Shown here: one piece after another, positions 11,854 through 24,435 of the stretch
Numbering within the stretch: position 1 is the first letter of the stretch
Layout: every line of letters starts with the position of its first letter
Origin: Minutocellus sp. GHC0000111
Lineage: Eukaryota
Reading direction: 5' to 3'
NCBI GenBank assembly: GCA_977018835.1
Contig: OZ361256.1
Span: forward strand, 2,232,001-2,296,000
DNA: 64,000 bases
Translations under genes and position numbers: made by a program
The notes under the pieces: generated by a model
Told to the model about the DNA's origin: nothing
The model's database searches: none
Seen by the model: the letters and a program-made list of their open reading frames with translations, nothing else

Positions 11854-12339
11854 TTCCCACTGATTCTATGCTGATATGATCCACCGACTCCCTGATAATC
11901 CCTCCAGATTCGAGTTTTGACTGGGGCTGGTTGCCGTCAAAGCGATGTCTGGCGCCAGTATCGTCGATTGAAGAAGGGGGTCACGACGATTTTTCGAAGT
12001 GGGTGGCGGCACTGAACGGACATTCTTCGCATGATCGACCGGCGGACTCGCAGTGCGAGTGACCGACAGGCTCGCGCCGAGTCGCCGATTTCTTATTTAT
12101 CCGAGAGACGGCGCAACCAACGCAACCTTTCTTGCATCAATAATGCTCCTTGAGAGGCGACGAATACTACATAGTGGGATAAAGTCAAAGGGGCACGAGC
12201 GAGATTGTGTGCGAGTAGCGTGTGGCTACAACTTTCCAGCACATCCGAGTTCCGCAGAAAGTTAGCACAAGTTTGCGTTGTTTCTCTCGGCGGGGGAGGC
12301 GTTGGGTCCCGTAATCCACTCCACACTCCCCCCAAGCAC

Positions 12340-13719
12340 ATGGGCTCCTCAGGTTCCAAGCTGGTCCATCCGGACGAGATCGCCTCGCCGGTGCAGCGAG
12401 ATCACTTGATATGCTTCCAATTGTGCTGTCTGTCGGGTTCCACGGTGTCTGCCGTGTTCAACGAGCCAGCCAGTTTCAACGAACCCAAACCCGACGGACT
12501 GACGGTATCGGACGACACGTGGGCCGCCCTCAAGCTGCGCGTCGATCCTCTAGCGAGACACATTCTTGACCCGCATCGATCGTATGTGGGCGCCACCGCG
12601 CTGGCATCGTTCGTCGCACTGGTCTTCTTGGCCGTCCGGCCAGGCTGGCACATCGTGGATTTATCATCCTACTACGACAAGCAGAATCAGGCCAATGGCA
12701 ACCACAACTATTACTACTACGACAATGCCGCCGACCAGGATGGCAGCGGGGATGGGAATTGGTACGAAAACAACAACGGCGGGGCCAGTGGTGACTTTGA
12801 GGATGACGACGCCCTCGACGCATTCTACGACCGAAGTCGAGACGACGATTACTACAACAACGACGGCATTGACGACATTGTCCTGGCGGAACTGGAATAT
12901 CGCAACGAGGAGCTGGTCCATGCCTCGATCGCTTGGCGGATAGGGTTCATCGCCGCGCTTTCCATATTGTTTGTGGCCACCGTAACTGTCGCCGTCGGCA
13001 TGGAACTGAAGAATGCTCGGTACGATGCCAAAATTCACGACGTCATTGCCGAAATGCGACAACGCTTCGAGATGGAGGGCTATGAGATCGGATACCGCAC
13101 CAGGACGGAGATATCGGGAGTTTTGCTCGGCCACTTAAAGCCGCAGAGGGCTATTTACTTCAAGAGGGTGGACGATGGGTCCGTCGATGGTCCGTCCATG
13201 TACGAACCGCCAATCGCAGCAGCAGCAGACGCATCGAGGGATCCGGTGCTATCGTCGCGAAGTGCAAGTGGGATAGGCACCAACCTGAGCTTTGGGGGAA
13301 TCGGTCGGGTCGGCAGTGGGGCCAGCCAAAATGCCGTCGACCCGAACGATGTATTGGTAGTGGAAGTACCAGAGGGCAAACGTCCGGGACAGATGCTCAC
13401 TATTATGACGCCGGCGGGGGAGCAGATCATGGTTGCGATTCCACCACACACGATGCCCGGTCAATCCTTCCCTGTCCTGTTGCCGCCAAAGCCACGCCCA
13501 CTTTCTCCGGGCACACCACACCATACGCTGTCCAGTGTTAGTGGTCTCGGTACTGCCGATAACGGCTTGCCGACACCATCAGCATCTGCAGTGGGCGCTG
13601 GTACCGGTGGTACCGGAATGAGCAGGGATAGAACTCCACCGCTACCGACGACACTGCGATCGCGAAGATCATCAGAACCACCAAAAGAGTTTGAAATGAC
13701 GGGAGGAAAGTTTGCATAG
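12340..13719 (+). CDS. Hypothetical two-TM membrane protein with an Asp/Asn/Tyr-rich loop and Pro-rich tail
   Basis: Long ORF with ATG at 12340 (MGSSGSK, N-myristoylation-like); two hydrophobic helices; VEVPEGKRPGQML..VAIPPHTMPGQSF repeat. Confidence 0.7.
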   Translation: MGSSGSKLVHPDEIASPVQRDHLICFQLCCLSGSTVSAVFNEPASFNEPKPDGLTVSDDTWAALKLRVDPLARHILDPHRSYVGATALASFVALVFLAVRPGWHIVDLSSYYDKQNQANGNHNYYYYDNAADQDGSGDGNWYENNNGGASGDFEDDDALDAFYDRSRDDDYYNNDGIDDIVLAELEYRNEELVHASIAWRIGFIAALSILFVATVTVAVGMELKNARYDAKIHDVIAEMRQRFEMEGYEIGYRTRTEISGVLLGHLKPQRAIYFKRVDDGSVDGPSMYEPPIAAAADASRDPVLSSRSASGIGTNLSFGGIGRVGSGASQNAVDPNDVLVVEVPEGKRPGQMLTIMTPAGEQIMVAIPPHTMPGQSFPVLLPPKPRPLSPGTPHHTLSSVSGLGTADNGLPTPSASAVGAGTGGTGMSRDRTPPLPTTLRSRRSSEPPKEFEMTGGKFA

Positions 13720-13986
13720 ATTTTAGTTTGATGCGGGAAATGGACAGCTAGAAGTAAATGTAGATCTTCGTGTACATTATTATTGATCGACGTCCACCAA
13801 GAAAGAAGAGGCGCATGTGTGTTTGCGTTACCCCCGTGCATGCAAGAAAAAGGAAGGCATTGTCGTTTGCCAGATAAAAAGTGCAACCGCCTCTTGCTGT
13901 AAGAGGGCATAAATATCTGACCGGCTCGCGCTGACTCGCTGACCCTCAGATCCCTTGCTTCACTTCCTCACCTCAACCCTCTCAAC

Positions 13987-14754
13987 ATGACATCCAATGT
14001 CTCGGCGACATGCATTGTAAGCACACTGCTCTTAATAGCAGTGATTGGCGTTGCAATATCAAAGAGTGATTTCAACTTTGTTACTGGCGTTACCTCAACT
14101 GGGATTCGAGGCGCCGACGTGGCGCCTTCCGGCACATCGAACAGCAATAACCATGCGCCAATAACAGAATTGGCCAAGACCCCGACGTCAAAATATCATA
14201 TATTTGTGGCGTCAAAACCGGATACTGGATCAACATTGTTGGTGAATATGATTTTGGGGTTATTTGATGAAAATTTGGATACAAAAGTCGGCTTTCTGCA
14301 CTTTGATCTTACAATCGTGAAACCCGCAGGAGCAGCCATTGACGACAGCGTTGTTACAAAGACCCACATTCAAGACCTTGACGTCTTATACACCCGCTTT
14401 GAAGATGACTACGATGAGGTATTTATTATTGTTCCAAATCGCTCCGAAATACGACTCGAGGATCGTTACTGTTCCCACCCGTATTATTCAAATAATGTCC
14501 TTTGCCTCGAATACGAAGATTTCACCTATTCAGACCCGACCAAGATGAAGGACTCGATATCTTACGTGGCTGGAAAGATTCAAGGCGCATTTCCATATTT
14601 TGGTGAAGTTGAGCTCCTGGAGAAAAATGCGGCCAGGAGAATAAAAGATATGGAGGCCATGCTGAAACATATGGCCAACATGGACTTCTCGGCCGTAGAC
14701 GAAAAATTCGGTATTCACGGAGGACACAAAGGCCGTAAAAAGGATGGACAGTAA
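13987..14754 (+). CDS. Putative type II membrane sulfotransferase-like protein
   Basis: N-terminal TM; KPDTGSTLL resembles the 5'-PSB loop, followed by VTKTH and LEYEDF. Confidence 0.55.
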   Translation: MTSNVSATCIVSTLLLIAVIGVAISKSDFNFVTGVTSTGIRGADVAPSGTSNSNNHAPITELAKTPTSKYHIFVASKPDTGSTLLVNMILGLFDENLDTKVGFLHFDLTIVKPAGAAIDDSVVTKTHIQDLDVLYTRFEDDYDEVFIIVPNRSEIRLEDRYCSHPYYSNNVLCLEYEDFTYSDPTKMKDSISYVAGKIQGAFPYFGEVELLEKNAARRIKDMEAMLKHMANMDFSAVDEKFGIHGGHKGRKKDGQ

Positions 14755-14816
14755 TGCATTACATACATTTAAAAAGGGGTTACTTCTATCTGGCTAATGT
14801 CAAGGTATAATGAATA

Positions 14817-15396
14817 TCAATCAGTACTTCCTGCTTGGACATTCTCTTGCCACTTTGTCAACAAAAGAAAGAAATATCCAATGAGGGCCACTGTCAGAAC
14901 GGCCTCTATTAGTTTCGAGTACGGCACACTTTCACCCTTTATACGAAGGATAACCATTGCCGACACTATTATGAAAGGAAAAATACCAGGTGCACAAGGA
15001 GAGGTCAGACGATTTATTGTAAACACATGCAGGTGATATTCAATGGAAATGGACAATAAGTAATGGACTTCCAACCGTATCAAGGTACTCACTGAGCCAA
15101 AATGCAGGCGACGTCACCGCCCCAACAACCGAAGCACCACCGCGAATGCCAAGTATTTTATCGCTGCTACTGTTATCAATACTGGTTCCGGCAATAGCAG
15201 AGGGTTTATCCGCCTTGAATCCGTCAGCACAAGGGTTGCAATTGACACTGACATCAAAAGATTTGCTCGATGAGAGAATGTGTGGTTGCGCAACTTTTTC
15301 AGCAAGGGCGAAGGGCTTCCTGGGGCGAAGAGCCAGTGCGCCTGGCACCAGCGAACAGCAAAGCAGAGCAACCAGGCTGCGAACGATGGATTTCAT
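14817..15396 (-). CDS. Small hypothetical membrane protein with signal peptide (intron 15092-14966)
   Basis: MKSIVRSLVALLCCSLVPGALA..IRGGA; GTGAGT donor and TTTCATAATAG acceptor join in frame. Confidence 0.55.
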
Positions 15397-15639
15397 GGCG
15401 TCAAAGGAATCGAATGAATCAATCAATTCGTTTATGAGCATGAGCCATTTTCGTGAGCCAATTTCGCGATTGGTGAAAGCATGCACGCATTGCATGCAAG
15501 ACATGCCCTCCCGATCCTTCTGTATTTCGGTGACGAGATTCTTATGTGTCAAAAACCGCGAGAACCACTTTTGCTCACGACCCTCTGCGATGAGTTGGCC
15601 GGTATCTTGCCTGGGCATGGGCAGGCACGATTGTTCCCC

Positions 15640-17828
15640 ATGTTGAGCGAATTGCTCTCACTCGTCACGATTGCGTTTCTACTACGTGGTATCTAGGCAG
15701 AGGATCACTTTTCATAAAAAGAAGTTGTCCGCCAGATGCAGTCAGATATGCGCCAAGGGCGCAGGCGCAGGCGTCGCACATCAGGCGGCGGAGACGACAA
15801 TAATAATAATAACAACAACGGCTCATCACTTCCGCAAAAAACGAAAGTCCTTGTCCAATACGAACATTCCGAAAACGACGATGGTCGGCGGCACTTACTG
15901 AAGATGCTCGGGCAAGATGTATTATTGGATTCAAGTCCTGACCGAGGAGGCATAATCATTGCGGAGGTAGACGAAGTCCTCTTGCGCCGTCTCCACGAAA
16001 GTCCGCATGTAAAACAAATGGAAATTGTGGATCAGCCGGCTCCTTTCCTCTCACCCGCCTCGAACACATCAACGCACGGAGGGACACAAAGGCATCTTCA
16101 AGAAGTATTGACGCCCGCTATCCAAATGGTCCAGGCAGACCGGCTTGATATTGGTTCGAACATTCCGTTAGTGTGTATCGCCGATAGCGGATATGCGCTT
16201 GGACACCCAGACCTGCCTGTACCACCCCAAGTCGATGGCATGGATTACGCCGTCAGCAATGGCAAAGTTCTGCGCTGGTATCACGACGGTACTGGTCATG
16301 GAACTGCCACCGCTGGTGTCATCGCAGCGATAGAGGGCAACGGCATTGGTTATCGCGGTGTGGCACCCGAGCTCTCTCTCTTCATTACCCGTGCTCTTGA
16401 CGACAACGGCCGATCAGACGTCGCTCAACTAATGGGGGCCATTGAACAATGCGTGGCGAGTGGTGCCAAGATTATTTCCATGAGTTTGGGCTGCCCCTGC
16501 ACCGATTTTGACCACTGTCAGAAGAAAGGATGCTATTCGGAGCTTATGAAGGCATACTTTGCCAGTATCAACGAGAATGGTGTCCTTGTCTTCGGAGCTG
16601 CTGGGAACGAAGGAACTGTCGACGAACCATTTATCCGGGTTCGTACGAGTCGGTCATCAGTGTAGGTGGAGTGAACCAAGGGTGGGACAAGTTCGCTGAG
16701 TCATCGGTCCACAACCAGGTGGAATTGGCAGCCATGGGCGAGGGAGTAAGAACTACGTTCGCAAAAAGAACCGACACCAATGGAGACGGTGACATGAGCC
16801 ATGACTACGCTTATACTTCCAAAACTGGCACGTCCATTGCAGTTCCCGCGGTTGCGGCCTCGGCCGCCCTTCTTTGGAGCCACTGTCCAGAATGTACGAA
16901 CAACCAAATACGCACCGCACTTGCTCGGACTGCATGGAATCCCAATAAATGTGACGATCGGCTTGGATTTGGCATCGTTCAAGTGAAGGATGCGTATGAT
17001 TTGATATCTCGGCGCGGTTGCGAGTTGGATGGGCAAATTTTTGCTGGTGCCACCAGTGCATGTGATGGGTATGCAACGTTGACACCAACGGCAGCACCCA
17101 CCATATCTACTGCACCAACGCAGCACCCTACGGCTTCTCCAGTCGAGTACGTACCGCCCAAGCCTTTTGGCGGCACCGGATTTGATTGGTGGGTATTCCT
17201 GGTCTTGGTCGTCGGCGCGCTCCTCATCGGATTTGCGTTGTATGTGTTCTTTACTCAAGTCATTCTTCCGAGGTATTGCAACAAGAAGAAACCTGACGCC
17301 GAACGGAGGGAATCAAGCAATAGAAGATCAAGTAGAAGGAAGAATAGTGCCAGCGTTGCTGGAAGAAGTGGCTCAAATGGGGATGATATGCGCAAAAGTG
17401 GTATCGAACGCAATGGCGTTTTCAATGAAGGTGACATACGGAAGAATAGTGCAGAGCGGAATAGTACTAGTACCCGTGCTGGAGATGACCACCGACGAAG
17501 CTCGCATCATCGCAGCAGTACCCGAAGCAGCGCAAGAGGGAGTCCAAAACAGAATCCTACATATACTAGCAGCACAAATGCGGTGGAAGCAGGAGAGAGG
17601 CAGAGCAGGAGAAAGAGCTCAATTGCTGGCGGCAGCAGACGAAGTACTACTAGTGGGCGAAGCAGCCTGGGTAGTAGTGCTAGTGACGGCCCCTTACAAA
17701 ACAAGAGGCACAGTTCAGCTGGCATCGGCTCAAATCTCAATAGCAGTCTGAGTCCCAAAGAGAATGACACACATGCCAGAAAGTCCTTTCTAGACGGAAG
17801 GAAGCCGAATTTCGACATAGATGTATAA
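15640..17828 (+). pseudogene. Subtilisin-like (S8) membrane-anchored serine protease, disabled
   Basis: Catalytic motifs IADSG, HGTATAG, AAGNEG, GTSIAVP and a C-terminal TM. The in-frame signal peptide from ATG 15640 is interrupted by TAG 15694 and TAA 15715; 1-bp frameshift near 16630. Confidence 0.8.
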
Positions 17829-17934
17829 TTCATAATATTTTAGAACTTATTAGAGAGACACCGTGTTAGGAGTATTGCACTAGCTAGACTAGATAGAGCT
17901 AGGCGGCAGAGTTTACAATATTTGGCTAATCTCT

Positions 17935-18615
17935 TCACCTTGGAGTGCATATCAATATATCATCTCGGCTATTTATGTCGACTCGAAGAGAATCATCCAA
18001 GTACAATGTCTCAAACCAACCCTCTCCCACAGGTGGAATTTTGAACGACCCCCAACGCCCCAGATCCAGATTCGCCTCGGTAAATACGAAGTCTGTCCTT
18101 TGCTGTGGTTCGCCATTGCTTCCTCCTTGCGCAACGGAAAGCTTGCCGGAAACACTCAATCCCCCGCCCTTCTTGAATTCGATCAAATTGCCTAGCCGGG
18201 TTCCATCAATTGTCTGGCTAACACCCGAGCTAGGAGTGATTCCCAAATCAATGAAAAAGTTAATCTCTTTTTCGGTAGTGAATGCCAATGCCCATTCTCT
18301 CTGGAGCTTCGGACTAGCCGCAGTGTCAGATATGGGGCTGAGCGGTGATAATTCGTCGATGATAGTTTCAATCCTTGCTCTTTTGTCTTTTGCATTTCCA
18401 CCACTTTGACACTCTTCGAGCAGGGCCTCCTTCAGTTCCTCTCGCCGGGCAGCAGCAGCATTACTTCTTCCACCACCTTGTCCCTTCGGCGCAAAAATGG
18501 CCTGCACGGAGTCGAGAAACGACGTCGCTTGAAAGACAGGCGCAAAGCCCTCGACGCATCCCAAACATAAGAATATGAACACACACGCGAGCATCGGGAA
18601 TGTGCGCCTCATCAT
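17935..18615 (-). CDS. PAP/fibrillin-family plastid protein
   Basis: Bipartite leader (VEG-FAP); W.LAFTTEKE and GWFETLYLDDSLRVDINSRDD. Confidence 0.85.
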   Translation of the reverse strand: MMRRTFPMLACVFIFLCLGCVEGFAPVFQATSFLDSVQAIFAPKGQGGGRSNAAAARREELKEALLEECQSGGNAKDKRARIETIIDELSPLSPISDTAASPKLQREWALAFTTEKEINFFIDLGITPSSGVSQTIDGTRLGNLIEFKKGGGLSVSGKLSVAQGGSNGEPQQRTDFVFTEANLDLGRWGSFKIPPVGEGWFETLYLDDSLRVDINSRDDILICTPR

Positions 18616-18835
18616 GGTGGGCAGTTGCAGTAGGAGGAAGCAAGAAGCAGTGCGAGAAAGCGCAGAAAATGACGAACGATAGCTAGCTAGCTAGTGCCTT
18701 TGTCCAAACATTAGTGACTACCATGGTACCTCAGACGAAGCCAACCGAACCCACCGGACCGTAACCCACTGGTGAACCGAACCGAACCGAACCACCAATT
18801 GCTGCTGCACAAATCAGGATGGATGCCAAACCCAT

Positions 18836-18859
18836 CCTGCTGCTGCTGCTGCTGCTGCT
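18836..18859. repeat. (CTG)n microsatellite; (GAACC)n at about 18775-18793
   Basis: Read directly from the sequence. Confidence 0.9.
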
Positions 18860-20130
18860 TCATGCAACATACGACCTATGACGACTTCGTCTAGCATCGG
18901 CAATGCTCGTTGTTGTTGGTAATATTTGTCTTCTCCGTCTTCTCCTTCCCTTTGTCGGCCCCCCTTCTGGCCGTGAATACATAGCTGTTGCGGAAACGAC
19001 CAACACAGTTCCAGCTACGAATTGCGCATTTGGTCTGAAATCAAACAATATTGCAGACACCACGCAGGACACAATGATGGAAAATGAAGCAGCAAATGTC
19101 TTGAGCACATTGTCCGCATATCTCACAACAACTGCAACAATGAGACCACCAGCTGCTTGCACAATAACGACAAGCCAAACAAGGGAAGTGTAGCCGTGGA
19201 AGAATCCTCTCTCAGAAACTGCTTGGTGATCTTTGGTGTAAACGCCGAGAAAAGCGTTCACCCCATTTGAATATTTCGTATCCATAGTGTGGTCGACGAG
19301 CCTTTCAGTATTCGCTCAAAATACACCCCCGAAAATCCACTGGTACATGTGGCACAGAGCACAGCGATCAAACCCACCAAACGTTGTTGGGATGATCCCG
19401 CAGACGATGCTGATGCCTGCAGTGCATCATCGTCATCTGCGCCTCCATCGTCGTGGCCATTGGACTGACTTGAGTCACCACTTCCACTCGATTGGACAAT
19501 CGCCACACCAATGGTTAGTACGATGATCGCCGTCCATTTCGTCCGAGAAAATTTTCTGTTGAGGAGCAAGGCTGAAAATACTGCCGTGGTCAGTATCTTC
19601 AATTGGTAGCATACCTGGTAGGTAGCGGCATCGAGGTTGCTTAGGGCCAAATAAAGTAGATTGTTTTGGACCATGTACAAGAATGATGGGACTGATAGCT
19701 TCAATAATTCTCCTGGGCTGTACAGTATGTGCTGTTGCAGCTGTTTCACCAGGCCCTCGAGCGATCCGCATTGGTAACCCACAACTCCACGACAAATGAC
19801 GAATTTCAAGAATTCCATTGTTGCAACGGCTGTGGAAGATAGGTACAAGTCTTCGCCCGAGGATGCGGTTCGAGAATATATCATTAGTAGTACCAGCCCA
19901 ACCATTTGCACAATCAGAAGCACTAGCGAACCATACTTGATCAGCTTGCCGTGTTCTGCTTCGCCTCCTCCCTTTTGCTTTCCCTTTCCGGCGGATCGGC
20001 GTGTTGCCGCCGACTTGCTTATTCGGGTTACAGTGGATGTTTCATCTTGTGGCAAAGTCTCATGCTGAGCGTTGCGGCGATGATGGACCCCCGTCGCCGT
20101 ACTCAACTCTTCAGCGATGTCCTTCGCCAT
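18860..20130 (-). CDS. SLC35A-type nucleotide-sugar (UDP-galactose/CMP-sialic acid) transporter, frameshifted near 19262
   Basis: VPSFLYMVQNNLLYLALSNLDAATYQVCYQLKILTTA, SGFSGVYFE, WIRNIQMG, then a second frame with GGLIVAVVVRYADNVLK. Confidence 0.85.
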
Positions 20131-20356
20131 GGCTACTACGAGCTCGTAGCTACTCGTAGTAATGGCTGCAAGCGCAAATGGCATGCCGTTGGAATTTTGT
20201 CGGCGCGGCTTTTATTTTGTCGTTTCTTCGTGACGCTGCTATGACGCATTGGCATTCTGGCCGACGGAGGACAGACGATTTCCCCCGAGCGGTAAGAGCG
20301 GTACAGCTGAACCCACACCCGCCGTACCCAACCCTCCTCCAGTCCATAGAGACGCC

Positions 20357-21350
20357 ATGAGATTATCCGCGGAGGTATTATCGCTGGCCGAGCAGCGGCC
20401 GAATGCCCTGGGAGAGCGCGAGATCGTCCTCCGAGGTCTGGGCATTCCCGCCATCGAGCATCTGGCCGTCACCCGCGACGCCTTCGACACCATGGACTTT
20501 TCCGACAATCGGCTGACGAGGGTGGAGAACTTCCCCAGGCTCAATAGGTTGTCATCGCTGCTGTTGGGGGGCAACGTGGTGACCGGAGTCGATGCCAAGA
20601 ATTTGGCCACGAATGTTCCCAATCTCACCACGTTGGTTCTGACCGACAACCAAATTGCCGGCCTGCACGAGGTGGCCAGGATCGCCGACGGCTGTCCCAA
20701 GCTGGAGTTCCTGTCGCTGCGGGGCAACCCCGTTGTTCGTAAGTTTTATTGATGTCCATGCCGTCGCCTTTTGTTGGTTTGTACATCGGTTAAATATATG
20801 GTATATTTTTGTTTTCATGGTATACTAACGCCCAAGATCAATTTACTACTTGACACGATGATGGACAAACCGAACGAACCAAACTCCAGGGCGGCAATAT
20901 TATCGCCTGTACGCAATCAACAAAATGCCAAACCTCAAAGTATTGGACTTTGTCAAGGTGAAAGAAGCTGAGCGGGAAAAGGCAAAGCGATTGGCCATGA
21001 GCGCCGCCGGTGCAGCCCTGGAGAGCGATGTGCGGTTGGAGGCACGGAATGCTGCAGCGGCGGCATCCTCTTCCTCGTCGGGGGCCAAGACCTTTGTTCC
21101 TGGGGAAGGTCGGTCGGCGGAGGAATCGTTCACGACACAATTTAGCAAGGAACAGAAGGAGCAAATTCGCAAGATGGTGGCGGAGGCATCGTCACCGGAG
21201 GAAATTGAGAGGATAGAAGCCTCGGTGAAGAGAGGGGTGTTCCCGACGCCGGCTGGTACGACGACACCGACACTCACGTCCGAAGCGGCCGCAAAGCGAT
21301 CAGGGGATACCGACGAAGGGGCCGCAGCAAAGAAGAGCAGAACAACGTAA
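20357..21350 (+). CDS. SNRPA1: U2 snRNP A' (intron 20739-20889)
   Basis: MRLSAEVL..EREIVLRGLGIPAIEHL, LRR repeats, LSLRGNPV/RRQYYRLY..LKVLDF. Confidence 0.92.
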
Positions 21351-21370
21351 TGCTTAAGTTGTATTATATA

Positions 21371-23232
21371 CTATCGTAATCTCCCTCTTGATAGAGCAGA
21401 TGCACAGAGAGACACAATCCCTCGCTTCTGTGTAAGCCACTGTGGCGGAGTAAGCCTCACGTTCCCGGTCGCAGCATGGACACATTGCGCCATGCTGCCG
21501 AATCGTAGACCTCGATTCGTCAGACCTGGACCATAGTGTGCATACTTTCCGCTATTTGTCATAACATGCGCTCTCGGATTCGGTGGTATGATTGGTGCGT
21601 CTAGCAGCATGCACCAACACGTGTCGTTTATGAATTGAACGCCGAACGATTCCATGATCTCGATATAACCTCGCTGATGGGCTAAATCATAAACATGTCG
21701 GCTCAGTGTTGCCATGACTTTTACCTTTGAATCTTTTTTGGCCTGCGACATGAGTAAGGCCAACTCGCTACACTCGTCTAGCGACAAGTGTGGATTGCCA
21801 AAAGCAACAAGCTCTACTGCAGATGAAGAATCCTCTTCATCACCACCAGAACTACTTCTTCCGCTATCCAGCATTTCGTAAGATTTGCGCACATCATCAT
21901 AAGTGATCTCAACTCTTTGAGTACAGGTTTCAAGAAGTATTCCCACCGGCGATAATTGTTTTGCTTCTGGTGTGATCCCAGCGATGTGAACGAGAGGTGA
22001 GGACCCCGTTGTACCAAATGCTGCGCAAAAGGCCTTCAAATCATCTTGGGATATATCTTCTTCCATGAGTTCCAATCCCACAATGATGGGTAATTTACCA
22101 TCTGATAAGATCCCCACCACATGACCAAGGACAGGCCAGAAGGCATCCGTATCTTCGGCAGACGGCAAAATATAGTCATTTACAAACCGTCTCACGTCGA
22201 TGGCAATCTCAGGCCTCCGATTTTCCTCTAAATACACGCCGCACAAAGGTACTCGGCCCACAATGGCCGAACAAATATCGAAGTAATCGGCTACCTTTTC
22301 CGTTCTTGCTCCAAGAACCGAGTTGGAGTAGACCACAGCATTGCTCTCTCCCCAACATATATCCTCCCCACAGGTGGGCTTTGTAGGCAGCAGATAAGGT
22401 GCGCAGGTGAAAGATTCCGTACACCCCAACTTGAGATATGCGTCTCCCACAGCATTGGCTGGTACAGCAAGATCAGATGACACTCCCAGGGCAGCCCATC
22501 GGCGTCGATCGGCAGAGACCGAGTTGAGCGTCGTTGGGACCTTTACCTTTCCTCCCATATCAACCAATCGTTCTGCAAACCGTCTTCCTCCTGGCCCAAT
22601 ATAAGTGCACCCGTCAATGTGCGCCTGTGTCACAGGTATCAATTTGGGAGCGTCCGAAATAGAAGCAACCCTACATAGTGTTCTCATGGCAACATGTTCT
22701 GCAGCTGTTCCTGACCTGCCTTCCAATATTGCCCTTTCTTCATCTGACAGTTGCAGTGATGAGAAATCATCGGTTGATAAATCATCATCAATTTCGGCAA
22801 TCATTGCATGAGGATTGTTTGCAAGCTGACCGAACGCTTCCCTACCAACACTAATGATGGTTGGAATGTTGTGCAATGCCTCCTCTCCAAAAACTTCCTC
22901 GGAATAATTGCGCCAACACATAGAATTGGATCGACATCTCGAGTAACAATGGCCCGAGGGGCAAGTCCATTCAAAATCAACTCCAGCAGTACCTGACTTC
23001 CAGTGCACGATCCTCGTCCCGAGGGGATGGCAAGAATGGCATCTGCTACCGCCTGTCCCCGCAGCGGGTGGGTGTGGTCGATGATCACGCTGGTTTGTGG
23101 GTCAATGCCACCCCAGAACGAAAGGCCAACGTCAGAGTAGAGAAGCGGGGCAGGTTGAGGGCTACTGATGGTGGATTTGCTGCGTGGGTCGGCGCCTCTT
23201 ACAAGCGTCCTCCCACTTATCGAGGTTGCCAT
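21371..23232 (-). CDS. Fused aconitase X (DUF126+DUF521; cis-3-hydroxy-L-proline dehydratase-like), frameshift near 22902
   Basis: LSFWGGIDP..IPSGRGSCTGS; AHIDGCTY, SFTCAPY, WGESNAVVYSNSVLGART, GNPHLS, DTCWC, TNSGKYAHY. Confidence 0.88.
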
Positions 23233-23457
23233 GGTCGGATTGATTGATTCTCTTCGTTGCTCATCAGCATCGCAAATAAAAATTGCGCCAAAGAAACCCG
23301 GATCTTCGTCTTCTGACCCAACGCCGCGCCTCCAAACTCCAAACCTCCCAGGCGGCAGTATGTTTGTGGCGACACTCGAGAAGAATCCTGCAGTAGCTGC
23401 CCTTGAAATATTGTGAATAGGATAGCGCCCGTTCTCAGTGAATTGTCTTGTGCCAGC

Positions 23458-24228
23458 ATGATGACGTCGCCGAGGGATGGTACGGATCCTTCGTCTGATG
23501 GCGATAGTGATTTCTGTGAAGAATCTTCCGCCCACGATCCTCTGCATGTGACCTCCGCCAAGAAGGGACTGCCGTCAGTAAGCGACGATGCAGCGACAAC
23601 AAATGTGATGCGGATATCGTTCAGTGAGATATGTTTTCGACAGCATGAGACAGTCATCGCCGTGCCTCAGGGTGGTATGTCTACTGTGCCCTCCCCAACT
23701 TTGGGCAGAGTCACTGAATACATGGATCATAAATGCAAGAGCGTGGATGAATACGAAGAGCAAAGAGAGGGCAAACGGAAGAAGTATACGCAACTGGATT
23801 ACTCTCCGCCACGGAGTCGGATGCTGACCAGTCCAAGAGGGAAACAAAGGAAACAGGAATTGGAGGCCATGCGGATAAGATGTCTAACAACGCAGGATGA
23901 TGATGATAATGATGACGGTAAGAAGAAAACAAACAATAATAATCCTCAAAGATTGCCCTGCAAAGCAACCAACAAGAGCATCAGGAAGAGAGACAAAGGA
24001 ATAATGGCCAAGCAGGGGCTAATGCGTGGCCGTTCAACTCCACTCAAGGAATCCTTCAATAAGTTTCGATCATTCGTAACGGAAATGTCAAAGCAGGTAG
24101 CAGAGCGATGGTCAGTTCTACTAGTATTTGCACCGTCAGCAGCTGGCAGCAATAGTAACAGCCATTCTGGCAGCAAGAAGTCTGAGGATGATGGCAATGA
24201 TACATCACCAGAGGCGGCCGAAACTTGA
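23458..24228 (+). CDS. Hypothetical protein
   Basis: Single ORF with RISFSEI..RQH..LG..SVDEYEEQR, resembling a motif common in uncharacterised diatom proteins. Confidence 0.55.
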   Translation: MMTSPRDGTDPSSDGDSDFCEESSAHDPLHVTSAKKGLPSVSDDAATTNVMRISFSEICFRQHETVIAVPQGGMSTVPSPTLGRVTEYMDHKCKSVDEYEEQREGKRKKYTQLDYSPPRSRMLTSPRGKQRKQELEAMRIRCLTTQDDDDNDDGKKKTNNNNPQRLPCKATNKSIRKRDKGIMAKQGLMRGRSTPLKESFNKFRSFVTEMSKQVAERWSVLLVFAPSAAGSNSNSHSGSKKSEDDGNDTSPEAAET

Positions 24229-24435
24229 GATGAAAAAGAATTTCTACACGATACTTTGAAGGCATTGTTTTCCGCATAACATTATATATACATTATATGT
24301 ATGTTTTGTCTATTCATCATATTATTGATGCTGTATTAGCTGATTTTACATATAGGCCCACCAAAGAGGGTTCCCGTGCACGATGTTTGTCTATTGTGCA
24401 ATTCAATTCGTTTATTCATCGAATATGTCGCCGCC

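Noticed and set aside
14966..15092. Apparent frameshift or mutated splice acceptor
   Set aside because: A canonical GT..AG intron (15092-14966) restores the frame.
7776..15717. Stop-codon reassignment or readthrough
   Set aside because: TAA, TAG and TGA all end intact genes normally in this window, and the affected genes have other lesions.
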